A stretch of DNA of 63,760 nt, filler included. It is 10 parts of 10 records of this genome, joined end to end, with 100 filler letters (N's around TTAATTAATTAA, not from the genome) between each part and the next. Parts side by side here need not be neighbours in the genome. Positions count along the whole stretch, not along the records: positions 5,637 to 10,740 come from SRR31156797_173613; positions 10,841 to 16,245 come from SRR31156797_174184; positions 16,346 to 24,266 come from SRR31156797_175093; 7 more parts are not named here. One strand, written 5' to 3'. Shown one piece after another: positions 9,801 to 19,900 of the stretch (the stretch's first letter is position 1; every line of letters begins with the position of its first letter). The notes beneath the pieces were generated by a model. The model did no database searches. It had not been told where the DNA came from and was given only the letters and a program-made list of their open reading frames with translations. A program made the translations under genes and the position numbers.

Positions 9801-10740
9801 TGTCCGGCAGTGTGATATTGTCGGTCATTTTTAATACGACATCATCCAACGGGATCCCCTGATTGACAAGATCACGCAGGGCAATCAGGTCGTCAGCATC
9901 CTCCAGCAGATAAGGGGCGTTTTCCGTACCGGCGCCCTGCCACCCCGTCTCATCAACCAGCGAAACGATGGTTATACACGCTGTATTGCTTACGGCGGTT
10001 TCGGACAACGACTGTATGGTATTGGTTACCTCACAATAATAATATAGAGTCTCCGCCGTATTGCTCGGCGGGGTATACGCATCTTCAGTCGCCCCTGCAA
10101 TAAGAGTGCCGCCCTCATTGCTGTCGGCAGTGTTACTGTACCACTGGTAATTAAGCGGGCCGTTATCCGACACGGAGGCTTTTACAAAAAGCGGCTTAGG
10201 CGTGCTCCCTTGTAAATACTCTCCATCGGCAGGCTGTGTGGCAAAACACGGGGTTTCTATCTGCACGGCATCCAGATGGATGGCAGCGACGTCACTTTCA
10301 ATCTGATAAGCCCTTCCGTTCACCGTATAAGTCACCACACACTTATACCATCTATTGCCTTTAAAAATACCCATCGCCTTATTGTTTACGGTATCCGTAG
10401 GCGGGATATAGCTGGAAGAAACAGCGCCGTCAATGACCGTTTTTGTGGCATTGGCGCTGGGCATTCTTTCACCTAGATACCATTGATAGGAGAGCACACC
10501 TGTTTCAGCTTCGGGTGCCTGCACCTCAAAGATCATAGGCGCGGCTTCGTCAAATTGGGTGTAGTTTGCTCCAATCGGCTGGCTGATAATTTCAGGGATA
10601 TAATCCACCTCGGCCCGCTCCAGGGTCAACGTATAGGTGGTCGTTTCATTCCCTGTATAGCTAATTACTATGGGGATAGCCATCTCGCCGTTATTGTCCC
10701 ACTGCATATCTTCCTGCGCAAGCAGCAACGTTTTCCCTTG
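6826..10740 (-). CDS. Large S-layer-homology surface protein (Ig-like domains, GLUG-like region, bacterial Ig domain, DUF4430, 3 SLH), 5'-truncated
   Basis: YQWY/YYCEVTN Ig domains; VGGLVG/VGGILG repeats; LAEFTNGNLSGWMYTLNG (DUF4430); C-terminal FTDV..W, TRSMLVTVLYR, TREQLATILY and TRAQVATILMR SLH motifs. Confidence 0.88.
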   Translation of the reverse strand, partial: QGKTLLLAQEDMQWDNNGEMAIPIVISYTGNETTTYTLTLERAEVDYIPEIISQPIGANYTQFDEAAPMIFEVQAPEAETGVLSYQWYLGERMPSANATKTVIDGAVSSSYIPPTDTVNNKAMGIFKGNRWYKCVVTYTVNGRAYQIESDVAAIHLDAVQIETPCFATQPADGEYLQGSTPKPLFVKASVSDNGPLNYQWYSNTADSNEGGTLIAGATEDAYTPPSNTAETLYYYCEVTNTIQSLSETAVSNTACITIVSLVDETGWQGAGTENAPYLLEDADDLIALRDLVNQGIPLDDVVLKMTDNITLPDSWTPIGQLKDDAPEMGEGKPWGENGRYIQPFSGVFDGGGYTVTVPEDGLPLFGYVRDVIIRDLGIYGTRIAGYGLINHYEVDYGPDGDYDTGAPKAALIKNVTIKSGTSTLYSGFIGGGASGANTIEIVNCTVEKDVIIGYDHNASSIGSFGGPFNGSVMGCVSYATVYGINNVGGLVGCKAQSMGGGGFKNSAFLGTIEATGNNVGGILGAGYDGGGSAPNTPVATVINCYVVADITGADRVGGILGSEPGCENCWDNGAGYLSDNHFYGTINADGSQVGAIVGFMKSFNKYQGISNNYYLDTCGVSTGIGYIEDIITTTHPKYAENGIDYEFDADLFCISATAEAFKNGDITGLLNSSDTSFKNWVQGDDYPIHSDAPVATKLELGGTYKTDYLIGDSFSTDGMVITATYSDSSTVTLDIKDVTFSGFDSSAKGVITINVKYLSAQTSYTIRVVSGQTGTIDVYFTLLGTAADGESGAVNTLRGGNLTTWIGRKAYTVSVDATVRDVFETALTAVGLTWSNPSGNYVQSITKGGVTLAEFTNGNLSGWMYTLNGKHSLLGIDEQFLNDGDAIVFHYTDDYTVEEGSEEWGGSGSSSGGAAAEQTLTPEATVSNGTASVSLSLSDIKDAVVSAKTNGGVIVVSPTVSGEVGTMKVALSADALNAVAGQTNADLSIQTPVGNITLPNAALDSIASQAGGSAITVSLGTVEMTELTENQQKAVGSDVVYDISVLGGSKHISSFDGESLTISLPYTLKDGEDAANVAVWYLNDAGELEQMTCTYNKSTGMATFSTTHLSYYVVNYTAIWTNPFTDVTTDDWFYEAVEFAASRDLFSGVTETAFEPDTAMTRSMLVTVLYRLEGRPSVTADGGFTDVQSGHWYTDAVIWSSENEIISGYGGGLFGTNDSITREQLATILYNYADYKGYDITATAGLTAYTDAGGISTWAESAMQWANAEGLVNGVTETTLEPGGGATRAQVATILMRFVENLVG

Positions 10741-10840
10741 NNNNNNNNNNNNNNNNNNNNNNNNNNNNNNNNNNNNNNNNNNNNTTAATTAATTAANNNN
10801 NNNNNNNNNNNNNNNNNNNNNNNNNNNNNNNNNNNNNNNN
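10741..10840. other. Artificial contig spacer
   Basis: N44-TTAATTAATTAA-N44. Confidence 0.99.
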
Positions 10841-12526
10841 GATGAGATAAAAGGCCTGTGGGAATGCCCCGGGCGCAGGATCCTCATCCCCTCGGCCCGC
10901 AGCCTCTCCCCTGTGGAACGGATGCTGTGTCAGAGCGGGGAATGGCATCTGGCCGTATCCGCCGACCCCGCCTGGGCCCTCCCCCGCCCCGGGGACATTC
11001 GGGATTCGGGGCTTCCCATTCTGGAGATCTCCTCACCCGAAGAGCTGCAGGAGAACAGGGATGATTTCATCCTGTGCGCCCATCCCTGGCTCCTGTTCCG
11101 CCTGGGATCGGCTGCGGCTCTTTTAAACGAAAGCGAATGGTTCTTCCGCTCCTACTTCCGTCGGAGCAGGCAGTATGCCGACGGGGGGATCAGATGGCCG
11201 GAAGCCTCCGCCTACGGCGGGCTCTGCCGAAGGGTCCCCCGTGAAAGGCCCAGACGTCATCTGATGACGGCCAGACGCTTCCTGGAAATGAGGCCGCCCT
11301 CCTTTATCCACCCCTGCGAAACAGAGCCGCCCCTGCCGCCCGAAGGGGGTCGCTCCTTCTTCAGAAAAAACGAAGAGGAATGGGAAGGCTGCTCCTATGC
11401 CGGCGGGAACGGGAATATCATCCATGCGGCCTGGGCCCGTTTTCCCGAAACGGAGTTCGATATCGCACCCTTGATTGCCGATCGTCCGCTTTCGCCCTCG
11501 GATCTCAGGCTTCATGGCAGCGGGTATATCTCCACTTTCAGTTATTACATGACCGATAACCTGAAGAACCTTTACACCCGGAAGACGGATATCGGGGAAA
11601 AAGAGAAGATGATCCTGGAGGGCTGGGATAACACGCTGCTCGATTTTATCCGGGTCGGCGACAGCCCTCTCTCCCTCCCCTTGTATAACAAGGCCTATCT
11701 GGGCTGTGACACGGAAGGGAGGCTCCGTGCCTTCCACTCCGGTCCCGCCGGGATTCAGGGGTCCTGGGAGGATGGGCAGATAGTCCTGTCAGGGGATCAG
11801 ATCAATCCCGAAGGGAATCCGGAAACGGCGATCTATCTCCCCTCCCGGGGGCCACGAAGGGTCGCCGAGGGACGGGAATGCCTCCTTATCTATCAGGATA
11901 TGGGTATGGTCCGCACCAGGGGGCCCGTTGCCGTCCCCCCCTTCGGAGCCGTGCTGTGCGATCCCGCCCTCCCCGCCCGGGGAAGCAGGATACGATGGAA
12001 GGTGGAGCTGGACGGCGATCCGGCCCGGGGACGCTGGGAGTGGCTCTTCGGAGGGTTCAACCTTCTTATCGGGGAGGGTGTGAATCTCTATCGGAACGAA
12101 ACGGAGGGCTGCAAGGCCCTGGACCGGGAGGGCTGGAACAATCCCCTGTCCCGGCAGACCCAGGAGACCCAGCTGATCCCGGATGTGAGGCAGCCCCGTT
12201 CCGTTCTGGGCCGCAGCCGCAAGGGAGACATCATCCTGCTGACCGTATCGGGCAGAAGCCGCCTCTCCGCCGGAGCCGGCTTCAGAGACATGGCCACTCT
12301 GGCCATGCGTATCTGCGCCGAAAAAGAGGGCGACCGGGAGCTGGAGTTTCTGGTGAACCTGGACGGCGGCGCCTCGGCGGCCCTCACATCATTCTCAGAG
12401 GATGAAGCGACGGTGCTCAGCTACCCCGCGCCGTCGGACGCCAATCCGCCGGGGGTAGCGAGGCCCGTTCCCTCCCTGCTGATCTGCAGGAAAAAAGAAG
12501 AAAGTTCAATTAATCAGGAGACATAA
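10841..12526 (+). CDS. Protein with C-terminal phosphodiester glycosidase (NAGPA/DUF2233) domain, 5'-truncated
   Basis: The frame is open from the contig edge; PRSVLG...VSGR...G...NLDGGAS motifs. Confidence 0.75.
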   Translation, partial: DEIKGLWECPGRRILIPSARSLSPVERMLCQSGEWHLAVSADPAWALPRPGDIRDSGLPILEISSPEELQENRDDFILCAHPWLLFRLGSAAALLNESEWFFRSYFRRSRQYADGGIRWPEASAYGGLCRRVPRERPRRHLMTARRFLEMRPPSFIHPCETEPPLPPEGGRSFFRKNEEEWEGCSYAGGNGNIIHAAWARFPETEFDIAPLIADRPLSPSDLRLHGSGYISTFSYYMTDNLKNLYTRKTDIGEKEKMILEGWDNTLLDFIRVGDSPLSLPLYNKAYLGCDTEGRLRAFHSGPAGIQGSWEDGQIVLSGDQINPEGNPETAIYLPSRGPRRVAEGRECLLIYQDMGMVRTRGPVAVPPFGAVLCDPALPARGSRIRWKVELDGDPARGRWEWLFGGFNLLIGEGVNLYRNETEGCKALDREGWNNPLSRQTQETQLIPDVRQPRSVLGRSRKGDIILLTVSGRSRLSAGAGFRDMATLAMRICAEKEGDRELEFLVNLDGGASAALTSFSEDEATVLSYPAPSDANPPGVARPVPSLLICRKKEESSINQET

Positions 12527-13717
12527 ATGCTGTACATCGTTATACCCACATACTGGACCGGAGACAAACACCGGACTCCCCTGAAGGAAGACCTGATCTT
12601 CGACCATCCCACCCCTCTGGACGGAAAAGACACCCTCAGAGCGACCCTGGACAGCCTCTGCGCCGTCCGCAGCCGGTCCCCTTTCAGGGTTATGATCGTG
12701 ACGGCGGCGGTGCACCCGGAGCTGGGCCAGGCGGCCGAGGCGAAGGTGGACAGCCTGCTCGAGCCCTATCGCGAGAACCTGGCGATCGCCCAGTTCTCCT
12801 ACGGCGCCCTGGAGCGCTCCCGCAAGTCCCTGGCCAGGGCGGGATTCGAACCCGCCGCCCTGAGCCTGGAGGGCTACTCGGCCATCCGGAACTGCCAGCT
12901 CTTCGCCCCGGCCCTTCTGGAAGCCGGCAGGATCGCCGCCATCGACGACGACGAACTTGTGGCCCCGGACTTCGCCGACAGGACAGGCGATTTCCTGGGA
13001 ACCCGGCTCCAGGGAAAGCGGGTGGACGGAGTCGCGGGACGCTACTACTACGAATGGGGCAGTTTCTATGTGAAAGAGGCGGAGGGAGACAGGGAGTCGG
13101 AGGGACTCTTCCGCAAGAAGCAGGTCTACCAGAACGATTCCTACAAGGGATTCGACGCCCTTCCGGGACGGCTCGTGCCCACCACAATCGCCCTGGGGGG
13201 AAATATGGTCTTCTCTCCCGAGCTTTACAACAACATCCCTTTCGATCCCCTCGTCACCCGCGGGGAGGACATCGACTACCTGATCAACTCCATGCTCTAC
13301 GGCTATAACTGGATGATGGACAAGGAACTGAGGATCGACCACTTTCCCCCGCCCTGCCGGAGCAAAGCCAAGCTTCAGGAGGATGTGATCCGTTTTGTCT
13401 ACGAGAGGCAGAAACTCAGACTGGCCGCCGATCATCCCGATCTGAGGGCTGTTACGGCGAGGGAGCTGGAACCCTATCCCGGACATTTTCTCAAGGACGA
13501 CCTGGACGCGGAGGCCCTGGAGGCTCTGGCCGCCCGCAAGATGGAGGGTGACGAAGAGTACTATATGAGCCCGGAAGAGGTTCTGGCCGTCGGCACGGAG
13601 AGGGCGGCGAAGGCATCCGACTACTTCGACTATGTGAAGGACTGGCGGGCCATGCTCCCGGAACTCAGAAAAGACCGGGAGCTGCGCGCCTACCTGGACG
13701 GACTGTTCTCCTCATAG
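12527..13717 (+). CDS. GT-A fold glycosyltransferase-like protein
   Basis: IVIPTY start, RN..L, IDDDE (DxD), GGNM and RGEDIDY motifs; abuts the upstream stop (TAAATG). Confidence 0.75.
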   Translation: MLYIVIPTYWTGDKHRTPLKEDLIFDHPTPLDGKDTLRATLDSLCAVRSRSPFRVMIVTAAVHPELGQAAEAKVDSLLEPYRENLAIAQFSYGALERSRKSLARAGFEPAALSLEGYSAIRNCQLFAPALLEAGRIAAIDDDELVAPDFADRTGDFLGTRLQGKRVDGVAGRYYYEWGSFYVKEAEGDRESEGLFRKKQVYQNDSYKGFDALPGRLVPTTIALGGNMVFSPELYNNIPFDPLVTRGEDIDYLINSMLYGYNWMMDKELRIDHFPPPCRSKAKLQEDVIRFVYERQKLRLAADHPDLRAVTARELEPYPGHFLKDDLDAEALEALAARKMEGDEEYYMSPEEVLAVGTERAAKASDYFDYVKDWRAMLPELRKDRELRAYLDGLFSS

Positions 13718-13788
13718 AGGATGAACCCGGGGGATCTCCGGGCAGACTGCCGGAGCCCCCGAAAAACAACGCCGGCCCGCCGGGGAAA

Positions 13789-14955
13789 TCAGGATGCCAG
13801 ATCGGCTGTCACCAGCTTCAGCTTCTCCCGGATCTCAATGCCCTGGGGGCAGTGGCTTTCGCACTTACCGCACCCCACGCATGCCGAGGCCTTTTCGTTC
13901 TCCTTCAGCAGGATGGAGTACATGAACTTCGAGCTGGTTTTGTGGGTGTCCGAGTCCAGCCTGTGGAAGTCGTTGAGGAGGGAGAAGTTCCGGGGGATAT
14001 CCACTCCCACGGGACAGGGCATACAGTAGCCGCAGGCAGTGCATCCCACCTTCACCCTCTCCTTCAGGATGGTCCTGACCCGGGTCATGACAGCGCTCTC
14101 GTCCTCCTTCATCCCTCCGGGCAGGGCCTCGGAAGCGACGGTCATGTTCTCATCCAGATGGGCCTCTTCGTTCATACCGCTCAGGATGACGGTCACCTCT
14201 TCGTGGTTCCAGAGCCAGCGCAGGGCCCAGTCCACGGGAGATCTGTCGTACCCTGAACTCCTGTAGGTCTCCTCGATGGCTTCGGGCAGTTTCTGGGCCA
14301 GGCTGCCGCCCTTCAGGGGTTCCATGATCACCACGCCCAGCTTCTTGGAGGCGGCGTATTCCAACCCCTCCCGGCCGGCCTGGTAGTTCTCATCCATATA
14401 GTTGTACTGGATCTGGCAGAAGGTCCAGTCGTAGGCGTCCACGATCTCCTTGAAGAGGGCTGTGTCCTTCCCATGATAGGAAAATCCGGCGTACCTGATC
14501 CTGCCGTCGGCGATGGCCTTGTCCAGGAAGCCCAGGACGTCATGGTTCTTCAGGTTGGCCCAGAGATCCTGGTTCAGCGTATGAAGCAGATAGTAGTCGA
14601 TGCAATCGGTTTCCAGGCGCTCCAGCTGTTCGTTCAGGTAGCGGTCCATATCCTCCCGGCTGGTGATCAGCCAGGAGGGAAGCTTGGTGGCGATGCCGAC
14701 CCTCTCCCTGTAGCCGTCCTTCAGCACCCTGGCGACAAAGGGTTCGCTCATACCGCCTGAGGCCATCCCCGTTCCGTGGTAGGGATATGCGGTGTCGATG
14801 TAGTTGACCCCGCCGTCTATGGCGCGGCGCACCAGGGCCACGGCCTTTTCCTCGTCGATCTGATCCGGCTTATTGTCGATCACCGGCAGCCTCATGCAGC
14901 CGAAGCCGAGGGCCGACAGTTTCTCTCCCGTTTTGGGCATGGTTCTGTACTGCAT
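13789..14955 (-). CDS. Aldo/keto reductase with C-terminal 4Fe-4S dicluster domain
   Basis: LGFGCMRLP, DTAYPY, ATKLP, MEPLKGG; CTACGYCMPCP and CVGCGKCESHCP. Confidence 0.93.
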   Translation of the reverse strand: MQYRTMPKTGEKLSALGFGCMRLPVIDNKPDQIDEEKAVALVRRAIDGGVNYIDTAYPYHGTGMASGGMSEPFVARVLKDGYRERVGIATKLPSWLITSREDMDRYLNEQLERLETDCIDYYLLHTLNQDLWANLKNHDVLGFLDKAIADGRIRYAGFSYHGKDTALFKEIVDAYDWTFCQIQYNYMDENYQAGREGLEYAASKKLGVVIMEPLKGGSLAQKLPEAIEETYRSSGYDRSPVDWALRWLWNHEEVTVILSGMNEEAHLDENMTVASEALPGGMKEDESAVMTRVRTILKERVKVGCTACGYCMPCPVGVDIPRNFSLLNDFHRLDSDTHKTSSKFMYSILLKENEKASACVGCGKCESHCPQGIEIREKLKLVTADLAS

Positions 14956-15125
14956 AGTATCCTCTCCCGTTTCCTTTTGTTTTCCTTAGTAACACAAGAT
15001 ACAGCTCCGGAATGAAGTAAAGAATACACAGAACACGAATTCTCTTGCCTATTCCTGCAAGAAAGGGCAGAATCTATTCATCCGCAGAGCTATCTGATAT
15101 ATCCTCTTTTCCCAGGAGAGTGCGA

Positions 15126-16028
15126 ATGAGTTACAACCCGGTAAAACTGAATGAACTGAGGGAGCTGATCGACAGGCATACGGAGACGGATATGATAAGG
15201 GAGCTGAGACCAATCCCCGGATTCCATCTGTTTAAAACCGATAAAATCCAGCCCCAGTCGGCTCCTGTCCTCTATCGGCCCGGCATCTTCATCGGCGTTC
15301 AGGGCGAAAAGGTCATGAACCTGAACGGCCGGCCCTACGACTACAACCCGGGCCACTTTCTGACCCTCTTCATCCCCATGACCATAGAGTGCATGGTCGT
15401 AAAGGCCAGCCCCGAAAAGCCCATTATGGGGGCCTTTCTCTCCTTCGACCAGGGCATACTTGCCCGCATCATGATGAAGCTGGACAGGACGGGCTACAGC
15501 CCCGCTCTTCCCGATGAGGACTCGGTGATCTCCGGAATCTATACATCAGAGCTCAACGACCGCCTGCTGAACGGATTTATCCGTCTGACGGAAGCATTGG
15601 ACGATCCGGTGGAGGCGGCGGTTCTGGGAGAGAGCATCATAGATGAGATATACTTCCATATCCTCTACTCAGAACAGGGCGGGATCTTTCACAGCCTCCT
15701 CCACCAGAACGGTCAGATACAGCAGATATCCAGGGCGGTGGATTACGTCCACAGCCATCTGGACCGCTCCGTCTCGGTGGACGAGCTGGCCGGAACTGTC
15801 AATATGGGCAGCTCCAACTTCCACAGGAAGTTCAAAGAGGTTATGCACCTCTCCCCCCTGCAGTATATGAAGAAGATCAAGCTGAGCACCGCGCAGGCTC
15901 TGATATCCGAGGGATCGAGCGTGAGCGAAGCGGGCTACCGGGTGGGCTACAAGAGCCCCTCCCAGTTCAGCAGGGAGTACAAGCGCTTCTTCGGAAGCGC
16001 CCCCTCCGGGGATCAGCCCCGGGATTAG
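15126..16028 (+). CDS. AraC-family regulator (YqhC-like), divergent from the aldo/keto reductase
   Basis: QGEK N-domain, FHRKFKEV..SPLQY, VGYKSPSQFSREYKRFFG; RBS AGGAG before ATG 15126. Confidence 0.9.
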   Translation: MSYNPVKLNELRELIDRHTETDMIRELRPIPGFHLFKTDKIQPQSAPVLYRPGIFIGVQGEKVMNLNGRPYDYNPGHFLTLFIPMTIECMVVKASPEKPIMGAFLSFDQGILARIMMKLDRTGYSPALPDEDSVISGIYTSELNDRLLNGFIRLTEALDDPVEAAVLGESIIDEIYFHILYSEQGGIFHSLLHQNGQIQQISRAVDYVHSHLDRSVSVDELAGTVNMGSSNFHRKFKEVMHLSPLQYMKKIKLSTAQALISEGSSVSEAGYRVGYKSPSQFSREYKRFFGSAPSGDQPRD

Positions 16029-16038
16029 GCCTCTGGCA

Positions 16039-16245
16039 TCAGCCCGACTGACGAAGGGACTCGGGGGTCATGCCCGTCCAGAGATGGAAGGCCCTGCAGA
16101 AGGAGCTGGGATCGTCGTACCCTATGAGGAAGGCGATCTCCGCGCTGGTCAGTTCGGAATGGGTCAGATAGTGGCGGGCCAGGAGCTCCCGGCTGTGGTT
16201 CAGCTGCTTCTGATAGTTGGTATCCTCTTTCTGAAGCCGCCTCTG
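16039..16245 (-). CDS. AraC-family regulator, C-terminal HTH fragment (5' end beyond the contig)
   Basis: Manual translation gives QRRLQKE...EIAFLIGYDDPSSFCRAFHLWTGMTPESLRQSG*. Confidence 0.85.
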   Translation of the reverse strand, partial: QRRLQKEDTNYQKQLNHSRELLARHYLTHSELTSAEIAFLIGYDDPSSFCRAFHLWTGMTPESLRQSG

Positions 16246-16345
16246 NNNNNNNNNNNNNNNNNNNNNNNNNNNNNNNNNNNNNNNNNNNNTTAATTAATTA
16301 ANNNNNNNNNNNNNNNNNNNNNNNNNNNNNNNNNNNNNNNNNNNN
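16246..16345. other. Artificial contig spacer
   Basis: N44-TTAATTAATTAA-N44. Confidence 0.99.
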
Positions 16346-16632
16346 GACAGGCGCACGAAGGCGGCCGCCTCGCCGCCCCGGATCTGCGGCCCCATGGACC
16401 GCGTCATCATGCCCTGGAAGCCGTCGCGGGCGGCCGCGTCGAGCAGCATCTGCCCGGTCGTCATGACGCCATGGCCGCCGCTTCCGGTCACCGCGACAGT
16501 GACGGATTCGGTCTTCGCCTTTGGGGAGTAAGAGGGGTCCGGTTCTGGGGGCTCGGACGGTTCCGACGGGTCGGAAGGCTCGGATGGCCGGGAAGCCGAT
16601 GGAGACGATGCTTGTTCAGCCGTTTGAAGCAT
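16346..16632 (-). CDS. 2-oxoacid:acceptor oxidoreductase alpha subunit, 5' fragment
   Basis: VTGSGGHGVMTTG and SMGPQIRGGE motifs after a Pro/Ser/Glu-rich N-terminal extension. Confidence 0.8.
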
Positions 16633-16866
16633 TTGAATTACTCGCCTTAAGATGAAAAAAGCTAAAACAGATTCAAAACGCGTTCGCGTACGCGTTTTCG
16701 CCTCCGAGCAATTTTTTCGACCATTGAGAGGGTTTTTCCGGCCACCTTCGGGCGGCCGTGGGATTCATGATCCCGCATTCTTTTCGCCTTGATCGGCACG
16801 TTGGTATTCCACGATTTGGAATCGTTTATTCGGACTCAACTTATACCATTGCCAAAGTTTGACAAC

Positions 16867-16882
16867 ATTGTAATTATACAAT
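16867..16882. promoter_or_regulatory. Palindromic operator candidate (GntR-like TGT-N-ACA)
   Basis: ATTGTAATTATACAAT near-perfect palindrome in the AT-rich region upstream of the oxidoreductase alpha gene. Confidence 0.35.
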
Positions 16883-16925
16883 TCAACACAATTTTTTGGT
16901 GCATAACGAACAGCCGCAGACAAGC

Positions 16926-16955
16926 AAAACGCCCGGCGGAAAATCCGCCGGGCGT
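16926..16955 (-). terminator. Intrinsic terminator after PFOR
   Basis: 12-bp stem ACGCCCGGCGGA/TCCGCCGGGCGT followed by a short T-run on the minus strand. Confidence 0.75.
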
Positions 16956-16980
16956 CTCGTCTTCGATCGACCGATTTGCC

Positions 16981-19900
16981 TTATTCGGCGGCCTCGGTCT
17001 GAACCTCGGTCGACGGAATGTACAGCTCGGCCAGCTTTTCGTAGACCGCACGGCGACGACGCTGTTCGGTTTCCGCGTCGGCGACCAACTGCTTGAACCG
17101 CTCCGGATCCTTCCGCTCGATGATGCGGAACCGGTTTTCGGTCTGCAGGAAGTCGGTCAGCGGAATCTTCGCCGGCTTGCTGTCCAGCGTCAGCGGCTTC
17201 TCGCCGGTGCCCAGTTTCCTGGGATCGTAGCGGTACAGCATCCAGTAGCCGGAATCGACCGCCATCTTCTGATGGCTGGCGCCGTCGAGCAGTTCAAAGC
17301 CGTGCTGGCCGCAAGGCGAGTAGGCGATGATGATCGACGGTCCGTCGTAGGATTCGGCTTCCTGGAAGGCACGGACGGTCTGTGCATCGCTGGCTCCCAG
17401 GGCCACCGAAGCGACGTAGATGTTGCCATACGAGATCGAGATCAGGCCCAGATCCTTCTTCGGCTGCGACTTGCCGGCCATGGCGAACTTCGCCGCCGCC
17501 GCCAGGTTGGTTGCCTTCGACGCCTGACCGCCGGTGTTGGAATACACTTCCGTATCCATCACCAGGACGTTGACGTTGTTGCCCGACGCCAGCACGTGGT
17601 CGAGACCACCGTAGCCGATGTCGTAGGCCCATCCGTCACCGCCGACGATCCAGACGCTGCGCTTGACCAGGAACTCGGAAATGACTTCGAGCCACCGGGC
17701 GTCCGGTCCCTCGATGCCTTTGAGCCGCTCGCGCAGGGCTTCGACCCGCTTGCGCTGCTCGGCAATGCCGCTTTCGTCGTCCTGATTGGCGGAGACCAGT
17801 TCCTGAGCCAGATCACCACCGATCTTTTCGGCCAGCTTGATAACGTATTCGCAGGCCTGCTGGTGGTGCTTGTCGACGGCCAGACGGAAGCCAAGGCCGA
17901 ACTCGGCATTGTCTTCGAACAGCGAGTTCGCCCAAGCCGGCCCGCGGCCATCACAGTTGGTCGTGTAAGGCGTGGTCGGCAGGTTGCCGCCGAAGATCGA
18001 CGAGCAGCCGGTGGTGTTGGCGATCAATGCACGGTCGCCGTACAGCTGGGTCATCAGCTTGACGTAAGGCGTTTCACCGCAGGCCGCGCAGGCGCCCGAG
18101 AACTCGAACAGGGGTTCGGCGAACTGGGACATCTTGACGTTGGCCCGCAACTTGGCGCGGTCCGGGTTCGGAAGCTCGAGGAAGAACTCGAAGTTGTCGC
18201 GTTCCTTCTCGCGCAACGGCGCCTGCGGCACCATGGCCAGCGACCGATGGTCCGGATTGCCCTTTTCCTTGCCGGGGCAGACCTCGACACAGAGCTTGCA
18301 GCCCGTGCAGTCTTCCGGCGCCACCTGGATGCTGTACTTGGCGCCGTCGCCGAATTCCTTGCCCTTGTAGTCCATCGACTTGAAGGTATCCGGGGCCCCT
18401 TCGAGCTTGCCGGGCTCGTAGACCTTGGCGCGGATGGCGGCGTGCGGGCAAACCAGGGCGCACTTGTTGCACTGGATGCACAGGTCCTGTTCCCAAGCCG
18501 GGATTTCCAGCGCAATGTTGCGCTTCTCCCACTTGGTGGTGCCGACCGGCCAGGTGCCGTCGACCGGGAAGGCGCTGACCGGCACCGAGTCGCCGTCGAA
18601 CTCGAGCAGGCGGGCCGTGACGTCGCGCACGAATTCGGGCGCGTCGTCGGGAACCAGCGGCGCCCGGTCGTAGTTGGCGGTGGCCTGGGCCGGAACCTCG
18701 ACCTGATGCAGGTGCTCAAGGGCGGCATCGATGGCGGCGAAGTTCAACTCGACGATCTTCTTGCCTTTGATGCCGTAGGTCTTCTCGACGTACTTCTTGA
18801 TCTGGGCGATCGCCTCGTCACGCGGCAGGACGCCGGAGATGGCGAAATAACACGTCTGCATGATGGTGTTGATGCGACGGCCCATACCGACTTCGGAAGC
18901 GACCTGGTCGGCATTGATGACGAAGAAGTTCAGACCCTTGTCGATGATCGCTTCCTGCACCGAACGCGGCAGGTGGCCCCAGATCTCTTCCTTCGAATAC
19001 GGCGTGTTCAAAAGGAACGTGCCGTCAGGCGCGAGGAACTTCAGCATGTCGCGCTTTTCGATGAAGGAGAACTGGTGACAGGCGACGAACTGGGCCTGCT
19101 CGACCAGATACGGCGACTGGATCGGATGCGGGCTGAAGCGCAGGTGCGACACGGTCATCGTGCCGGCCTTCTTCGAGTCATACACGAAGTAGCCCTGGGC
19201 GTAGTTGTCGGTGCTCTCGGCGATGATCTTGATCGAGTTCTTGTTGGCACCGACCGTGCCGTCCGAACCGAGACCGAAGAACACGGCCCGCTTGACGCCT
19301 TCGCGTTCGGCGTCGAAAGTCAGGTCCGGGATCAGCGACAGATGCGTCACATCGTCGGTGATGCCGACGGTGAACTCCTGCTTCGGATCGTCCTTCTTCA
19401 TTTCGTCGTAGACGGCCTTCGCCATCGGCGCGTTGAATTCCTTCGACGACAGGCCGTAGCGGCCGCCGATGACGACCGGCATGTCGGTCTTGAGGCTGCC
19501 CGTCTGCTTGGCCTGGAACAGCGCAGCGACGACGTCCTGATAAAGCGGCTCGCCAGCGGCGCCGAGTTCCTTGGTGCGGTCCAGAACGGCGATCGACTTG
19601 ACCGTATCCGGCAGGGCGGCGACGAAATGCTCGACCGAGAACGGACGGAACATGCGGACCTTGAGGACACCGACCTTCTCGCCCATTTCGACCAGCTTGT
19701 TGACGGTCTCTTCGACGGTCTCGCCGCCCGAACCCATGACGATGGCGACGCGCTCGGCGTCGGGGGCGCCATAGTATTCGTACAGCTTGTACTGACGGCC
19801 GGTCATGGCGGCGAACCTGTCCATGGTCTCCTGGATGACTTCCGGGCAGGCCATGTAGAACTTGTTCCGCGCCTCGGCCATCTGGAAGAAGCTGTCCGGG

